Source: Eledone cirrhosa (lineage: Eukaryota). From it: a stretch of DNA of 64,000 nt. Positions 14,571 to 29,055 of the stretch are shown here, in pieces; within the stretch, counting starts at the first letter, position 1, and each line of letters starts with the position of its first letter. The notes below the pieces were generated by a model. It was not told the DNA's origin. It did no database searches and saw nothing but the letters and a program-made list of their open reading frames with translations. Position numbers and translations under genes: made by a program. The DNA lies in NCBI GenBank assembly GCA_964016885.1, contig OZ024750.1:17422001-17486000 (forward strand). The letters run 5' to 3'.

Positions 14571-14781
14571 TTAGTAAATGTCCAGTGTTTACGTGATATG
14601 AAAGTAATTGTATTTCAGTGTTATTGGGAAGTAAATGTCAGAACTATCCAACGTTAAACGTTAGTTTGTCATTCGTAGTTGAGAAGTTAGCGAATATTGA
14701 ATAATTTGTAGCGTTCTGATGACTGGTTGAAATGTCATTTTGTGTGTATATATTAATATATGTATGTATGTCTGTGTGTGT

Positions 14782-14817
<36 letters not shown>

Positions 14818-15007
14818 GTGTGTGTGTCACTGTGTATGTGTGTGTGTGTCAATTGTACGTGTGTGTGTTGTGAGTGTGTGTGTGTGTGTGTGTACTGGGT
14901 GTTGTATAAGATTGTGTGTGTTTTGTGCATATGTGTGTTGTCTGTGTGTCCTTATCTCTCTATGTTGTGTGCGTTGTTGTGTGAACGTGTGTGTTATGTG
15001 TGTCTGT

Positions 15008-15041
<34 letters not shown>

Positions 15042-15115
15042 TATTGGGTGTTGTATATGATTGTGTGTTTTGTACATATGTATGTTGTCTGTGTTGTTAT
15101 CTCTCTATGATGTGT

Positions 15116-15166
<51 letters not shown>

Positions 15167-16152
15167 CGTGCTTGTGTCTGACATGTGTTTCTGTGTTTCT
15201 GTATTTGGGGTCATGATGCTATTGATGCAGCATGGTTAAGATGTTCGCTGCGCAGTTATGAGTTTCCACGTTCGATTCCAAGGCGTGTCATTTCCAGCAA
15301 ATTCCATTTGCCATAGCGTCTAATCGACCCAAGTCTTATGAGTGAAATTGGGTAGACGGAAACATTGCGGAAGCCCGTTGTATGGATTTTCTCTACCTAT
15401 ATAATTCAAAGGTCTCGCTTTGTTATACATTGAGAAGATATTAATTAAAATTGTTTACAGTCCTCACATTACCCTTGTTCAACGAGATAGACACGGTTGG
15501 AATGCCTTTGGCTATACATCTACTCAATGAAGTACTGACTTGAGTCTATACCACAATAAGAACAATAGCAACAACAAGATTAACAACAGTTTTAAGGTAT
15601 TGTTCTCAAAATAAGTAATATAAAAATCTCATAGATTTGATATCATGTGAGATAATTATGTGAGGTAAAGCCTTTTCTGTGAAAATACAATAGTAAATAT
15701 AGAGTAATGTAAAATGCTAAAGGGTTAAACATTGTTTGAAATAGATAGAGAACAACAAGTTTTAACTCAGCACAATCACTAATGTAATTATTCATGTTAA
15801 TAGTGTAATTCACCAACGAACGTAATATCAGAAATATGAGAATTAAAGAGCAAAATCTTATTAATAAACTAAATCTCTCTATTTTTAACAGACGCGAATA
15901 CCACGAAACTATTTAGCCATTCGAGCAATTCCGATCGGCGCATATCACTAATACCCCCAACCCACAACCGATCCTGACACCAAAAAAATATCTGTGCAAA
16001 AAAAAGAAAGCAAAAAAAAAAAAACAGCTTGTCACCATCATCTTCAATCTTCTCTTGAAAAATGGGGTTTATGCTTGAAATATCTAAGTAAATGGTAAAA
16101 GTGTAAACTATTGTTTGTTTGTTTATGTTTTCTTTCCATTATTTCCCTCGTG

Positions 16153-16368
16153 AAGGGTGGTGGATTGGCAGTATCGGTAGAGGGTCGGACGCCATGCTTT
16201 GTAGCCTAGAGTTACGGCCCTTTGTGATCTGAGTTCAAATCCCGTCGAGGTTAACTTTGCCTTACAGGGTCGATAAAATAAAGCACCAGTAACGTACTGG
16301 GATCGATTTAATCGACTCCCCCCCAAAAAAAAATTACTGGCCTTGTGCCTATACTAGTAAACATTATT
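16153..16368 (+). mobile_element. tRNA-derived SINE
   Basis: Same family as 12630. TTATTTCCCTCGTGAA is repeated on both flanks, a likely target-site duplication. Confidence 0.85.
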
Positions 16369-17161
16369 TCCCTCGTGAATTATACTAGCTTTTCTTAAAT
16401 ATTTTATATGCTAACAAAGTGGTGTGGAAGACTGTAGCTAAACTTTAAACTTTTCTCAATTATATTCAATGATATATATATTTATAGCTAGATTCACTAA
16501 ATATATTAATAGTCTTGGCCTTAAATTTAGAACAACGCTGCCTAAGATCCATCGAGTTGATTGACGCCCATATTATCCAGTTAGCCAACGACCTCTTTTG
16601 CAAAACAAAAAGATTCTTAATTATTAATAAAAGCAAAAATTGGTTCTTAATAAAAGCAAAAAATTATATTAACAACAACAACAACAACAGCAACAGCATT
16701 AACAACGACATCAATAACAAAACTATATTCATCTATTGATAATGTCGTTAACTTCACGGACAGAGATATCGATCGGATAAATAACTTTCTTAATAATGAG
16801 AAATAAATGTACAAGAAATATTCTAAGACTGCTTATTAACAAAAGTATTCTGCAGAATTCTATAGCAACAAATTAAACTATATTTTTTTAAAGAAAATAT
16901 AAGACAGGATATTATTGTTATCAATGGAAATGCCTTTAGAATCTCTAGCCAATAGGAGCTATTCATTGCTTGTAGTATCATTATTTGGTTTGTCAGAACC
17001 CCAATGTATGTAAGGATGTTTATGTATGTAGGTATGTTTAACGTACATACATATATATATGTATGCATGTATATGTAAGTATTTATGTATGTGTATATGT
17101 ATGTTTATTTATATGTACGCATGTATATTATGGAGATAATATCTATCTATCTAGCTAGCTA

Positions 17162-17330
<169 letters not shown>

Positions 17331-17466
17331 ATGCTTGCGATGGAGATTTTTTTCCAGTTCTTCGAAAATTTCAAGTCAGCAATTTTTTTTGTTTGAGTTC
17401 AAACAATTCTAGGGATCTATATATAAATGAGTTACCATATGTGTCTGTGGTTCTCTGTGTATGTGG

Positions 17467-17522
<56 letters not shown>

Positions 17523-18420
17523 ACGCGCGAAGAAAGAGAAAAAGAAAATTGAAGAACAGAAACCTCTAGTGAAAAGATATCTATTTTCCTATATCTATGA
17601 ATCTATAACTGTTCGATATTTTTCTTGATAGATCGATCGAATACCGATGTTTAGTTGAAAGTTGGAACGCATGTTTATTTATTTTTATTTTTTCGTTGTG
17701 GTTTTTCTTATTGCATCGGTCATGCTGGGGTACCACATTAAAGTATTTAGTTGATCATATTTGGTTGAAGGATGGAATACATGTTTCTTAGTTTTATTCT
17801 TTTACTCTTGTACTAGTTTCAATGGTTAGACAGCGGTCATACTGGAGCGCCACCTTGGATGTATTTATTTGGTCAATCATATTTCTCGGTTTTATTTGTG
17901 AGTCTTTGAGTATATGTTGTCTTCGTATAAATGTCAACTTGTTTACTGCTACTGCTGCTACATGTTTATTCCAGTGGAACAATAAATGGCACATTTACCA
18001 AAAAGACACGATTCTTTACTTCAGTTCATTGTAAGCACACACAGAATATTTATCGTCTGCTACTAACGCACACAGAATATGTATCGTCTGCTAGTAACAC
18101 ACATATACAATATATATCGCCTGCTGGTAAACGCACGCAGTATTTAACGTCTGCTTATAAACACACACGCAATCACACAATGTGCAACGCCTGCTGGTAA
18201 ATAAGCATACTGTGTATATGCAATTCAAAGAAATACAGACGATAATAAGATGAAGACAAAATAAACATGTCTGCTTACGTGAATTGTACGGCTTATTTAA
18301 TATATATATATATTGGTAGATAAATAAATAAATAAATAGATAGTTGCTTTATACATACATACATACATACATACATACATACATACATACATACATACAT
18401 ACATACATACATACATACAT

Positions 18421-19028
18421 GGTGGCTGCCAACTCGTTTTCGAGTACGGCCACTACTTTATATCCATGTAGGAGAACCCCTACCGATACGCTGAACGAGT
18501 GTGACTTTTTAGTCTAACCAGCGACTTCAAAACTCTGGTACAAACACTACACTTGTGACAATTATTGACACATAGTGCTGGGCCCATGGTACCATGTGAC
18601 GACAAATGCAGAGAGATCTCCAGATATAAAGCAATGCCTGTGCCGTGAAGCTTTTATAGTGAGCAAAGGCACTGCACAAAGCCAGTCCCACTCTCTTAAC
18701 CAAGATGATATTTACCAAAAAGAAGAACAAGTCAACATCATTGGATATCATCAGGGTTGCAGGTGTTATATCAGAGTTTTCCTTCTCCTAGAATTCTACC
18801 TTGACTAAGGCTAAGGGGTCATCTCTCCCGGTGATTTTGGATGGCCATTGACTCTTAAGAGCTCCTTTGACCTTTGACAGGTTTTGTTTTTAGTCCTGCA
18901 GGATGTCCAAAGTCACCCTCCTCACCAAGAAACCTTGGTGGGGTTGCCAGTTTAGTCGCCAACGACCCGACCATGAGACAGGTTGTACTGGGATACATGT
19001 TACCAGTAGCACCAACTGGTGACCTGAC
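18421..19028. mobile_element. Full ~608-bp non-coding element inserted in (CATA)n
   Basis: GGTGGCTGCCAACTCG...ACTGGTGACCTGAC with (CATA)n on both sides; reverse complement of 52320-52928 and 54226-54833. Confidence 0.9.
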
Positions 19029-19070
19029 ATAACATACATACATACATACATACATACATACATACATACA

Positions 19071-19214
<144 letters not shown>

Positions 19215-19577
19215 TAGATAGATAAATAAATAGATAGATAGTTGCTTTAATATATTTATTCTAATTAATATTGTTTTTCCATTTAGTTTGTCTATATAAT
19301 ATAAAGCTCTAATCATTAGTTTATTGAGCACTCTAGTTCTTCTTACCGTGTCCACAGTACTCTTGCATCGGAATGTATTTCTTGTATTTTCCAAAATAAT
19401 ATATTAATACTAACTTAACTATTACTCTTTTTTCTCATACTAAATGTGACATTTGTGAATGGTTAAAATGATCCGGGATATAATTGGTATATACATATGT
19501 ATATATATATATGCATACATACATACATACATTCACCCCCCCACCCACCCCCACCCACCCCCACCACCACCACACAC

Positions 19578-19618
<41 letters not shown>

Positions 19619-19699
19619 TAGAGAGAGAGAGAGAGAGAAATGGATAGATATACATATACGTACAATATATATAAATATATGCATATATAAGTATGTGCA

Positions 19700-19774
<75 letters not shown>

Positions 19775-19957
19775 GTTATACTTGAGGAGGGTCATATTGT
19801 TGTAATAATATTGCCAGAAATATCAGGACACACTCACTGTCATACATACATTCACACTGCAACTATCTATCTATTTATTTATCTATCTACCAATACATAT
19901 ATATATTAGATATATATACATGTAAATACTTGTATATATAATACTTGTATAAATACT

Positions 19958-20014
<57 letters not shown>

Positions 20015-20757
20015 CATATATATGCATGTATATATTGTATATATATGTCTAATTGTAATTCTGTGTTAAAATATATTAATAAAAACATGCAGATCACGAG
20101 ACTGAAGATTGCAATCAGTGAGTGACTTAACTTTACTTAGTCATCGTCATATATGGAAATAGAATACAAGAAACAACAACAACAACAACAACAACAGCAA
20201 CAACAGCAACAACAGCAACAACGACAACAGCAACAACAACAAAGAATTGCTTTAAGATGATACGCAATTCCAAGAATCTGGGAAAATTCATTGAGACAGG
20301 AAGTGACTGAAAGAAACGCAACGTTAAAAAAAAAGAAACAAGACATATTTTTCCAAGACAAAATTTCATATTTTTTAACATCAACGCCCTGAGCATTCCA
20401 CCATCAGTGTGTCTGCTATAGACTCGATAACGGTACGTAAAGGATTTTGTTTAGGAGGTAGGCATAAATGGCGGAGAGTTTGGTTCTGTATTTAATTAGA
20501 TATAGATTTCATGTCTTCCAGGGTCTAATTTTTTAGATTTTGTTTTTGTTAATTAATTATTTACATTTTTTCAATGGAAATTAACATATTTATTATAAAT
20601 ATATTCTTTTCGTTTTTTTTCAGGTTTCAATCATTTGACTGCGACCATGCTGGGGCACAGCTATGAAGTAAAATTAGCCTATCATATCGAAACCAGTACT
20701 TACATTTTTTTTCAGGCCTGGTTCTTATTTTATCCATCATTATCTAACAAACTGCTA

Positions 20758-20948
20758 GGGCGGTGGTTGGCAGTATCGGTAGAGCGTCGGACGTCATGCT
20801 TTGACGCATAGAATTACGGCCCTTTCCATTCTGAGTTCAAATCCCGCCGAGGTTAACTTTGCCTTTCATCCTTACGGGGTCGATAAAATAAAGTACCAGT
20901 AATGTACTGGGTAATTGCTGGCCTTGTGCCTAAAGTAGAAACAATTAT
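20758..20948 (+). mobile_element. tRNA-derived SINE
   Basis: Full-length family member. TTATCTAACAAACTGCTAG is duplicated on both flanks (TSD). Confidence 0.9.
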
Positions 20949-21056
20949 CTAACAAACTGCTAGATTAAGGATGTAATCACAGACATAGACGCCAACGCAG
21001 AAACGGGTACAATAACTCTCACAAGCACACATCTACATTCATACATGCGTGTATAC

Positions 21057-21113
<57 letters not shown>

Positions 21114-21415
21114 AATGTAATCTGAGTTTTTCGAATATTAATAACATTCAATTCGTTTGCAATTCTGCAAACAGCCTCATTTTTAAAGCCATGTCAATAG
21201 AATGAACCCCTCATTCTTGCTCTTGTGTTGGCATGTAAACTGAACTGCAGACACTAATGTTTCTGGGTATCACACTTCATCAGTACAGTTCACAGTTCAC
21301 CTACCAACGAATCGAATGTTATTATTAATATTCGAAAAACTCAGATTACATTTATTGTATTCAACCATGTAGAGCGAAGTGCGTGTGTGTATATATATAT
21401 ATGTATATATATATA

Positions 21416-21464
<49 letters not shown>

Positions 21465-21770
21465 TGCCAAAAGTTTCCAAAGAAATAGATCAAGGAAAAA
21501 GAAACACTCTCTATGTAATGTATAGAGCCAAAATATATTATATGAATAAGATCTCAACACAAATGCATGCTACATATATTCTATGTCTGCTAGTTTATGT
21601 TCTATGTTCGTTGAAGTTTGAAACCTTAGGTAGCATACATTTGTGTAGAGATCTTATCCATATAATATATTGGTTAACTTTCCCTCTCATCCTTAAGGTG
21701 TCGATAAAATAAGGTACCAGTAATGCAGTGGGATAATTGCTAGCCTTGTGTCAAAAGTAGAAACAATAAC

Positions 21771-21802
<32 letters not shown>

Positions 21803-22344
21803 AAGCTGGGCTTTTGCACTTCCAGTCTACCAAATATTCCACTAAAATATCCTTAGTTAACCAGAGGATATAATAGGATACATCTGATATAATAGCTATG
21901 CAGAGGGACTTGAACAACCACAAACTGCATAATTCATTGTTGATACTAAATGCCGGTCGCAAATCATTGTAGAAGAAGCAACGGGTAATAATGCATTCTA
22001 CTCAAGAACACAACAATGTTCACAACAGGTTTCAGTATAGGAATCAAACATTATGATCGTGAGTTCAACAATTTAACGACTGGACAATTAAATATTTATT
22101 TCCTGAACAAGGCAAGAAAATTTCAATGTTTTTTTTTATGTAGAAACTTCTCAGGTTTTACTAAATTGCTGGAAGCAGTGTCGCATTTGAAAGACTGCAA
22201 TCTTTGTCAGATATATTTCAATATGGCGTCAGCTGTTGTTTTATAAAATTTCTGTTTAAGAAGATTACATAAACATTTCCAAATGTTTCAAGTAGAAATC
22301 GTATTAATTTTTTAATCATATTTTTCTCCTATCCCATTTATTAT

Positions 22345-22442
<98 letters not shown>

Positions 22443-22736
22443 CATTATATTATATTATATAACATGGAGTTTCTGCTCTGAATATACATAAGAATTCCCG
22501 GAGTGGCAAGACTCAATCTTGGCCTTAATATCGAAAATAACTATGTCTACTGTATTATTGACTACTCCATTACACGACCGTCTATACGAAGTGTATATAT
22601 ATATAAATATATATATATGTATACACACACCCCACTCTCTAAAGCGTGAACTTAATAAACCTAATATTACATTTGTACTGCCTCTCTGTTTTTTGTTCCT
22701 GTCTAATATTTAACTATATATATATATATATATATA

Positions 22737-22797
22737 TGCAGTTATTAATATAATTTCTTACGAATGAAACAGTTCTAATCATGTATTCATAATAAAA

Positions 22798-22857
<60 letters not shown>

Positions 22858-22918
22858 TTTTATTATGAATACATGATTAGAACTGTTTCATTCGTAAGAA
22901 ATTATATCAATAACTGCA
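22737..22918. repeat. Fold-back: ~64-bp inverted arms around a (TA)n spacer; arms are degenerate family-C hammerhead sequence
   Basis: TGCAGTTATTAATATAATTTCTTACGAATGAAACAGTTCTAATCATG... and its near-perfect reverse complement after the TA tract. Confidence 0.8.
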
Positions 22919-23674
22919 TTGTTTCTTTCCAGGGATTATGTTGAAATATAAGCCTCAATTGGTCATCCCATGAGAGTATCTTGGTTGCCCTATGAACGTT
23001 TCAGCCGACCCTCATACACACACATACATACATCAAACGCACATACATCCATACATCCACCCATACATACATATACATCCTGTGTTTTTGTTTTTTTTTA
23101 CATTTGACTACGTTTTCTATGAAGACAAAAACCATACAGGTTTTCATTAGTTGTATTTCAATGAAATTTTCCCCATGATGCTCAGTGTAATTTTTTGTAA
23201 AAACTGAGAAAAATAGAGAATTAGAAAGACTCTTTGTTAACGAACTAATTTGATAAACGAGATATAATTGGTATTTTCGAATTAATTAATTAATTAATTA
23301 CATTTGAGGATCTAAACGGCAACCGATAACCCTCTGATTAATTTGCCTCCATCTTTCTACTCTATCGTCTGCTTCTTGGAACAAAGACAACGTCAATCAG
23401 CAGTCAATTACCTCAAAGGGAGTAACTAGTTCACAGTTTTACAAGTTAAACAGTGCTTATCCCAGTACATCTTTCCTTCTTTCTTTCCTTCTTTCTTTCT
23501 TACTTTATTTATTTATTTATGTCTCTCTTTCCCTTTCCTACATAGTACTTACCTTTCTAATTCTCCCCAGTCTTTTTCTACGTTGTTATCTCCCTTTCCC
23601 TTACCCAGTCGGTGTGTTTGTTTATGCATTTATGTATATATGTATATATGTGTATACACACACACACACACATA

Positions 23675-23729
<55 letters not shown>

Positions 23730-23739
23730 TATATAAATT

Positions 23740-23822
23740 ACTTCTACAGGACTAGAACAGTTTCGTTCATTTGAAATCCTGATGATTTTAAGCAAATTAA
23801 ATAGTTCTAGTCCTGTAGAAGT
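23740..23822. mobile_element. Family-C fold-back remnant with degenerate hammerhead
   Basis: ACTTCTACAGGACTAGAAC ... CTGATGATTT ... GTTCTAGTCCTGTAGAAGT inverted pair. Confidence 0.55.
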
Positions 23823-23911
23823 CGTTTCTATGCGAAATCAATATATATTGAGAACCTTATTTAACTGTGCTTCTCTTCCGTTCCTCTTCGGAAAACCATT
23901 CTTAATTAGTG

Positions 23912-24038
<127 letters not shown>

Positions 24039-24102
24039 TGTGTGTGTGTGTGTACGTAAATGTATGTATATATGTATGTATATATGTATGTATATATGTA
24101 TG

Positions 24103-24163
<61 letters not shown>

Positions 24164-24590
24164 CAAAAAAAAAATACGTGTTTAATTATTGGTAAAAATA
24201 ATTCCAATGAAGAGAACATGTGGAATGAGCAGGAATGGGTATTAGATTAGTTTTAGGGGAGGATCTCTTATTTTCTGAAGAATATTGACACGTTCATATA
24301 TGCATGAAGTTTTCCAGTTCAATTGCGGTGTTATTAATCACAGTGACGTGCTTAAAAAATCGTAAGATAGTGAATGCGATGTATAATATGATATGGATGG
24401 AAAAATCAAATATGGATGAAACCGTTGAATAACTTATGCTATGCCCCAAACTGTTCTTTTTGTTTTTTTAATATAATGAAATTTTCCTCGTGGATGCAGA
24501 AAACAAAAATATATTTATAACGGCATTTATTGAACAATTCTCGTCTGTATGTATGTATGTATGTATGTATTTATGTATGTATGTATGTAT

Positions 24591-24626
24591 GTTCTTCTGG
24601 TTTTATGATTTCACAAATGTTTACCA

Positions 24627-24715
<89 letters not shown>

Positions 24716-25114
24716 TCGGTTTCTAACATAGATGCAAGACTCTCTCATTGGAATTTATACAACATCAACTAGGTAGATATGTAAGCATGTCTGCATGCCT
24801 GCATGTGTGTGTGCAGCTATGGATGTTATTGTATGTGTGGATGTGGATGTTTTGAGTTGTATGTGTGCATGTGTATATGCTTTGTATCTGTACATGTGTA
24901 TATGCTGTTATTGGAATGTTTTACATATTTTTACTGTTCCATTAATGGATTGTACTTGTAGTTTCCTAACTAGTTGTGTTCTTTCTGTTTTTGTGAAGCC
25001 CAGCTTCTCAAGATTTGTATTGAGGCAGTTACTAACACACCCCAGTGCCCCAATAATCACAGGCATAAATCTGAAGGTGTAATCAGGGTGGAGTATCTGC
25101 AGATTTCTCATTAG
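24591..25114 (-). mobile_element. 3' fragment of an R4/Dong-like (restriction-like endonuclease) LINE in (CATA)n
   Basis: LMRNLQILHPDYTFRFMPVIIGALGCVSNCLNTNLEKLGF...LQVQSINGTVKICKTF matches the 'PVIIGALG...LQ...GT.KI' C-terminus of RLE LINEs. A second copy lies at 53469-53927. Confidence 0.7.
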
Positions 25115-25310
25115 TATGTATGCATGTATGTATGTATATATGTGTGTGTGTGTGTACAATATATGTATATATATATATATATATGTAGGAGGTGAGTTTT
25201 ATTGTAGTACAATAAAACAGTGCAGATATCGGATAAGTAGCACTCTACAGTTTGTAGGACTGGAGTATAAATAATATATAAGATCAAAAGATGGTTAAAA
25301 GAGTTCCATG

Positions 25311-25381
25311 TATTTTATTATGCGCATTTCAAAAACAAATATCATCATGCGATGACATTTGCGTTTTCGTCAGATAAAATA
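25311..25381 (-). ncRNA. Type I hammerhead ribozyme motif
   Basis: Reverse complement of 25493-25563. Confidence 0.75.
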
Positions 25382-25492
25382 GGGAGACATGATATGAAGG
25401 TTAAAAAACACTTGTGAATAGTGCAGTTTTAAATCAACATATGTTGATTTAAAACTGCACTAGTGTTTTTTAACCTTCATATCATGTCTCCC

Positions 25493-25563
25493 TATTTTAT
25501 CTGACGAAAACGCAAATGTCATCGCATGATGATATTTGTTTTTGAAATGCGCATAATAAAATA
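25493..25563 (+). ncRNA. Type I hammerhead ribozyme motif
   Basis: Stem I TATTTTAT/ATAAAATA; core CTGACGA; long stem II (AAACGCAAATGTCATC..GATGATATTTGTTTT); GAA; palindromic stem III ATGCGCAT; predicted cut after AUA (25555). Confidence 0.8.
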
Positions 25564-25600
25564 CATGGAACTCTTTTAACCATCTTTTGATCTTATATAT

Positions 25601-25796
<196 letters not shown>

Positions 25797-26966
25797 TATC
25801 CCGGTTTCAATCAAGGGTAACCACAGTAAGTAAGGTACTCAATAAGTAATAAATAAAATCGTTGATTTATATCTAATAAATTATTTGATATATACTATGT
25901 ATAAATAAGTATTATATATTTTTTATTTTACTATATTCATATATATATTTATCATTTGATATTTAATATACTTTTATATCATCTCTACTGCCCCTTAGGC
26001 CCCAGCGCCCCAGGGACCTTCTCATCGCCCCCAGGGGGTTGTAGCGTCCAATTTGAGAACCTCTGCTTTATCCGATCGCAAATAACCTACAAAACTTTCC
26101 CGCCCTATCTGTCAACCAGCCCTCCTCTCTCGTCCTTCTCTTCTTTGTCTTTCACTCATTCTCCCCCCCCCCTTTTTATCTCATCCTTACTAATTACCGC
26201 CTTTTCCTTTTTCGTCTCATCCTCACTCTTTCCCGCTCTATTTCTTCCTCTCCCTGTTTCCCATGCTATCTCTCATCATCACTCCCCAGCAGTTTATCTC
26301 CTCCCAGCCCCTCACAGACACTCCTTCTCGCTCTTTGTCTCACCCGCACTCGTTCCTGTCCTAAGTCTCACCGTTTTCAGCCCTGTCTCTCTCACTCCAA
26401 CTCAGTCTATTTCAGATTTTGGCGGGAAGCCATAATAAATTTCTTTCTGAGAGCAATAACCTTGCTTATTTATTGTTTGTTTGTTTGTTTTATTTGTATA
26501 TTTGTATATTTATTTATTTATTTTCCAATCATTCGTTTCTCTGGTTATTGTCCATTAATTACCTACTGCAGTGTAATATATTGTAATGTAGCAACAGTGG
26601 AATGCTTAAAGTACATCGAAGCCGAAAAATCATTCTTGTCCTGCCAGCAATCTCACACTTAGAAACACTGCTTTGCTATCGATCTATCTATTATAGACTC
26701 GTATAAATTCTTCTCTAACTACCGCAATAGTCTCGGTTCTTCTCAACCTATCGGTCATATGAAATAAAACACCTCAAAACCACATCGATACACTCACCTC
26801 AACGACTCCCCATATATGTTCCGACACTCGGTGCTCTAAATTCGAATTCACCCAAAGTCAACTTTGCCCTTCATACTTTCGGAGTCGATATAATAAAATA
26901 TCACCTAATTGCTGGCCTTATGCCTAAATTAGAAACCTTTATCTCAACATAATTCAATCGTATATA

Positions 26967-27037
26967 TTGGGTCATCAAGTATGAAATTTGTAAAAAAAAA
27001 CAACAAATTTCTACAAATTTCATTCTTGATGATCCAA
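26967..27037. mobile_element. Mariner-like MITE (~70-80 bp, TA flanks)
   Basis: TIR TTGG(G/A)TCATCAAGTATGAAATTTGTA at both ends; further copies at 27523-27604 and 38623-38701. Confidence 0.65.
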
Positions 27038-27157
27038 TATATATACATAACAGTTTTCCAAGAGATGTCAACATCAATGGACCTGTTATTTTTATCTAAA
27101 GATATTTTTTCCAATTCCAACCCGCCCGTCTCCTCAATCTATCTTATTACTCATTCT

Positions 27158-27195
27158 TTCTTCTGATGAAGGATTAGCGTCCGAAACGTTAAGAA
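27158..27195 (+). ncRNA. Minimal type I hammerhead motif (Penelope-like)
   Basis: TTCTT-CTGATGA-A-GGA-TTAGCG-TCC-GAA-ACGT-T-AAGAA: stem I TTCTT/AAGAA, stem II GGA/TCC, and a loop-less palindromic stem III (AACGTT) typical of dimeric Penelope hammerheads. Confidence 0.75.
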
Positions 27196-27274
27196 CTTCT
27201 TCCTGCTATATCAAGCGTTAATCTAATATATTCCTTCCATATACTGTAGCGATTGTGTTGTTATTTCTGTTACC

Positions 27275-27327
<53 letters not shown>

Positions 27328-27351
27328 AAAGTGGATGAATACTTCAACAGG

Positions 27352-27390
<39 letters not shown>

Positions 27391-27433
27391 TACATATATA
27401 TATATATATACATATATACATATATATATATAT

Positions 27434-27489
<56 letters not shown>

Positions 27490-27522
27490 GTGTGTGTGTG
27501 TGTGTGTGTATGTATATTTATA

Positions 27523-27604
27523 TTGGATCATCAAGTATGAAATTTGTAGAAAATTGTTTTTTTTTTTCTATAAATTTATACAAATTTTATACTTGACAAC
27601 CCAA
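27523..27604. mobile_element. Mariner-like MITE copy
   Basis: Same TIRs as 26967-27037, with TA flanks. Confidence 0.6.
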
Positions 27605-27834
27605 TATTTATTCCAAGCCTCTGCTTTCTCAGTTCAAATTAAACCGAGATCAACTTTGATCTTCATATTTCCATGAGATAATGTTCTTTTCTGGCTCGGA
27701 CGATTTACAGCATTGTTAGAACAATGGATGTGGTGGCTTATGATATCGCTATATCATTTGAAAGCAAATAGCAACAAATATATTCAGATCAGACCATCTC
27801 ATCTATCTATCTATCTATCTATATAGATCTGTTA

Positions 27835-28067
27835 TTTAATCTGTTATTTTAATAATTAATATGTATTAATTATTAAAATAACAGATTAAAGTTTAAGCAA
27901 AGAATCGGTGCTTTCACCCTTAACGGGATCTTCTGAAACAGCGATTCATTGCTTAAACTTTAATCTGTTATTTTAATAAATATTTGCTCTACGGTTCTTA
28001 TATATTTGATATATATTTATCCTTATCGAGCGCTCTTTGGATTTTAGTCTTCAAATTTATTATTATT

Positions 28068-28070
<3 letters not shown>
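27835..28070. mobile_element. Family-B fold-back element with degenerate hammerhead (27891-27939, minus)
   Basis: Minus strand GTTT-CAGAAGA-T-CCCGTTAAGGG-T-GAA-AGCA-CCGATTCTT-TGCT-T-AAAC; nested inverted repeats. Confidence 0.6.
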
Positions 28071-28098
<28 letters not shown>

Positions 28099-28169
28099 AC
28101 CCATCTATCTCCATCTCTGTCACTCTTTCTCCGGTTTTTCTTCTCCCTAATTCTTTCTCATTTTCTCCC

Positions 28170-28447
28170 CACCTCGGCGGGATTTGAACTCAGAACATAA
28201 AGGGCCATAAGTCTAGGTGTCTGACGCCCTACCGATACTGCCAATTTAACATTTGGCGGTGGATTGGCAGTATAGGTAGAGGTTCGGATGCCATGCTTTA
28301 CAGCGTAGAGTTACGGCCCTTTATGGTCTGAGTTCAAATCCATCCGACGTTCACTTTGCCTTTCATCTTTATGGGATCGATAAAATAAAGCACCAGTAAT
28401 CCACTGGGGTAATTGCTGGCCTTGTGCCAAATGTCGAAACAATTATT
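28170..28447. mobile_element. Two SINEs head-to-head (partial minus copy ~28170-28245; full plus copy 28254-28447)
   Basis: Family motifs present on both strands. Confidence 0.8.
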
Positions 28448-28704
28448 TCAAACATCAAATAATGCTAAACTCCACAACATTTATCGTTATTTTCACCATT
28501 GATATTCCTCTCCTCCTGAAAAACAAGCCGCCCTATCGATAAATCTATAAGTTCAATCTAGAATTATCCTGTTACATCTGGTCCTAGCGCAAAATAATGC
28601 TCCATAGCATCACTTCTTTCTTTCTTTCTTCTTTACATTTCATGCTTCTTTCTTTTAATTATTTATACTTTTATTCTCAATTTTAGTACATATAAATGTT
28701 TCTT

Positions 28705-28822
<118 letters not shown>

Positions 28823-29017
28823 TGCATGTGTGTGTATGTGTGTATGTATGTATATGCATATATGTGTATATATGTATTTATGTTGTATATGTATTTATAT
28901 ATGTATGTCTATAGATTTTCATCTCAATTTTTTATCTAGTATACTCTCTATATATAAATAAACACATATATATATATATACGCACATATATGCAGATATA
29001 CATACACACACACAGGC

Positions 29018-29055
<38 letters not shown>

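Noticed and set aside
15872-16100. Possible host exon after TCTCTCTATTTTTAACAG acceptor
   Set aside because: There is no convincing reading frame or partner exons; it cannot be supported without RNA data.
18421-18500. HDV-like ribozyme at the end of the 610-bp element
   Set aside because: P1-like and P2-like pairings exist, but only ~8 nt remain where P3/L3 needs ~13; a simple hairpin explains it.
18527-18808. Recurrent 74-80 aa ORFs (MLGPWYHVTT..., MVSNDVDLFF...)
   Set aside because: They recur only because the non-coding element is repeated; they show no domain, have alternative starts, and are not kept in the diverged relative.
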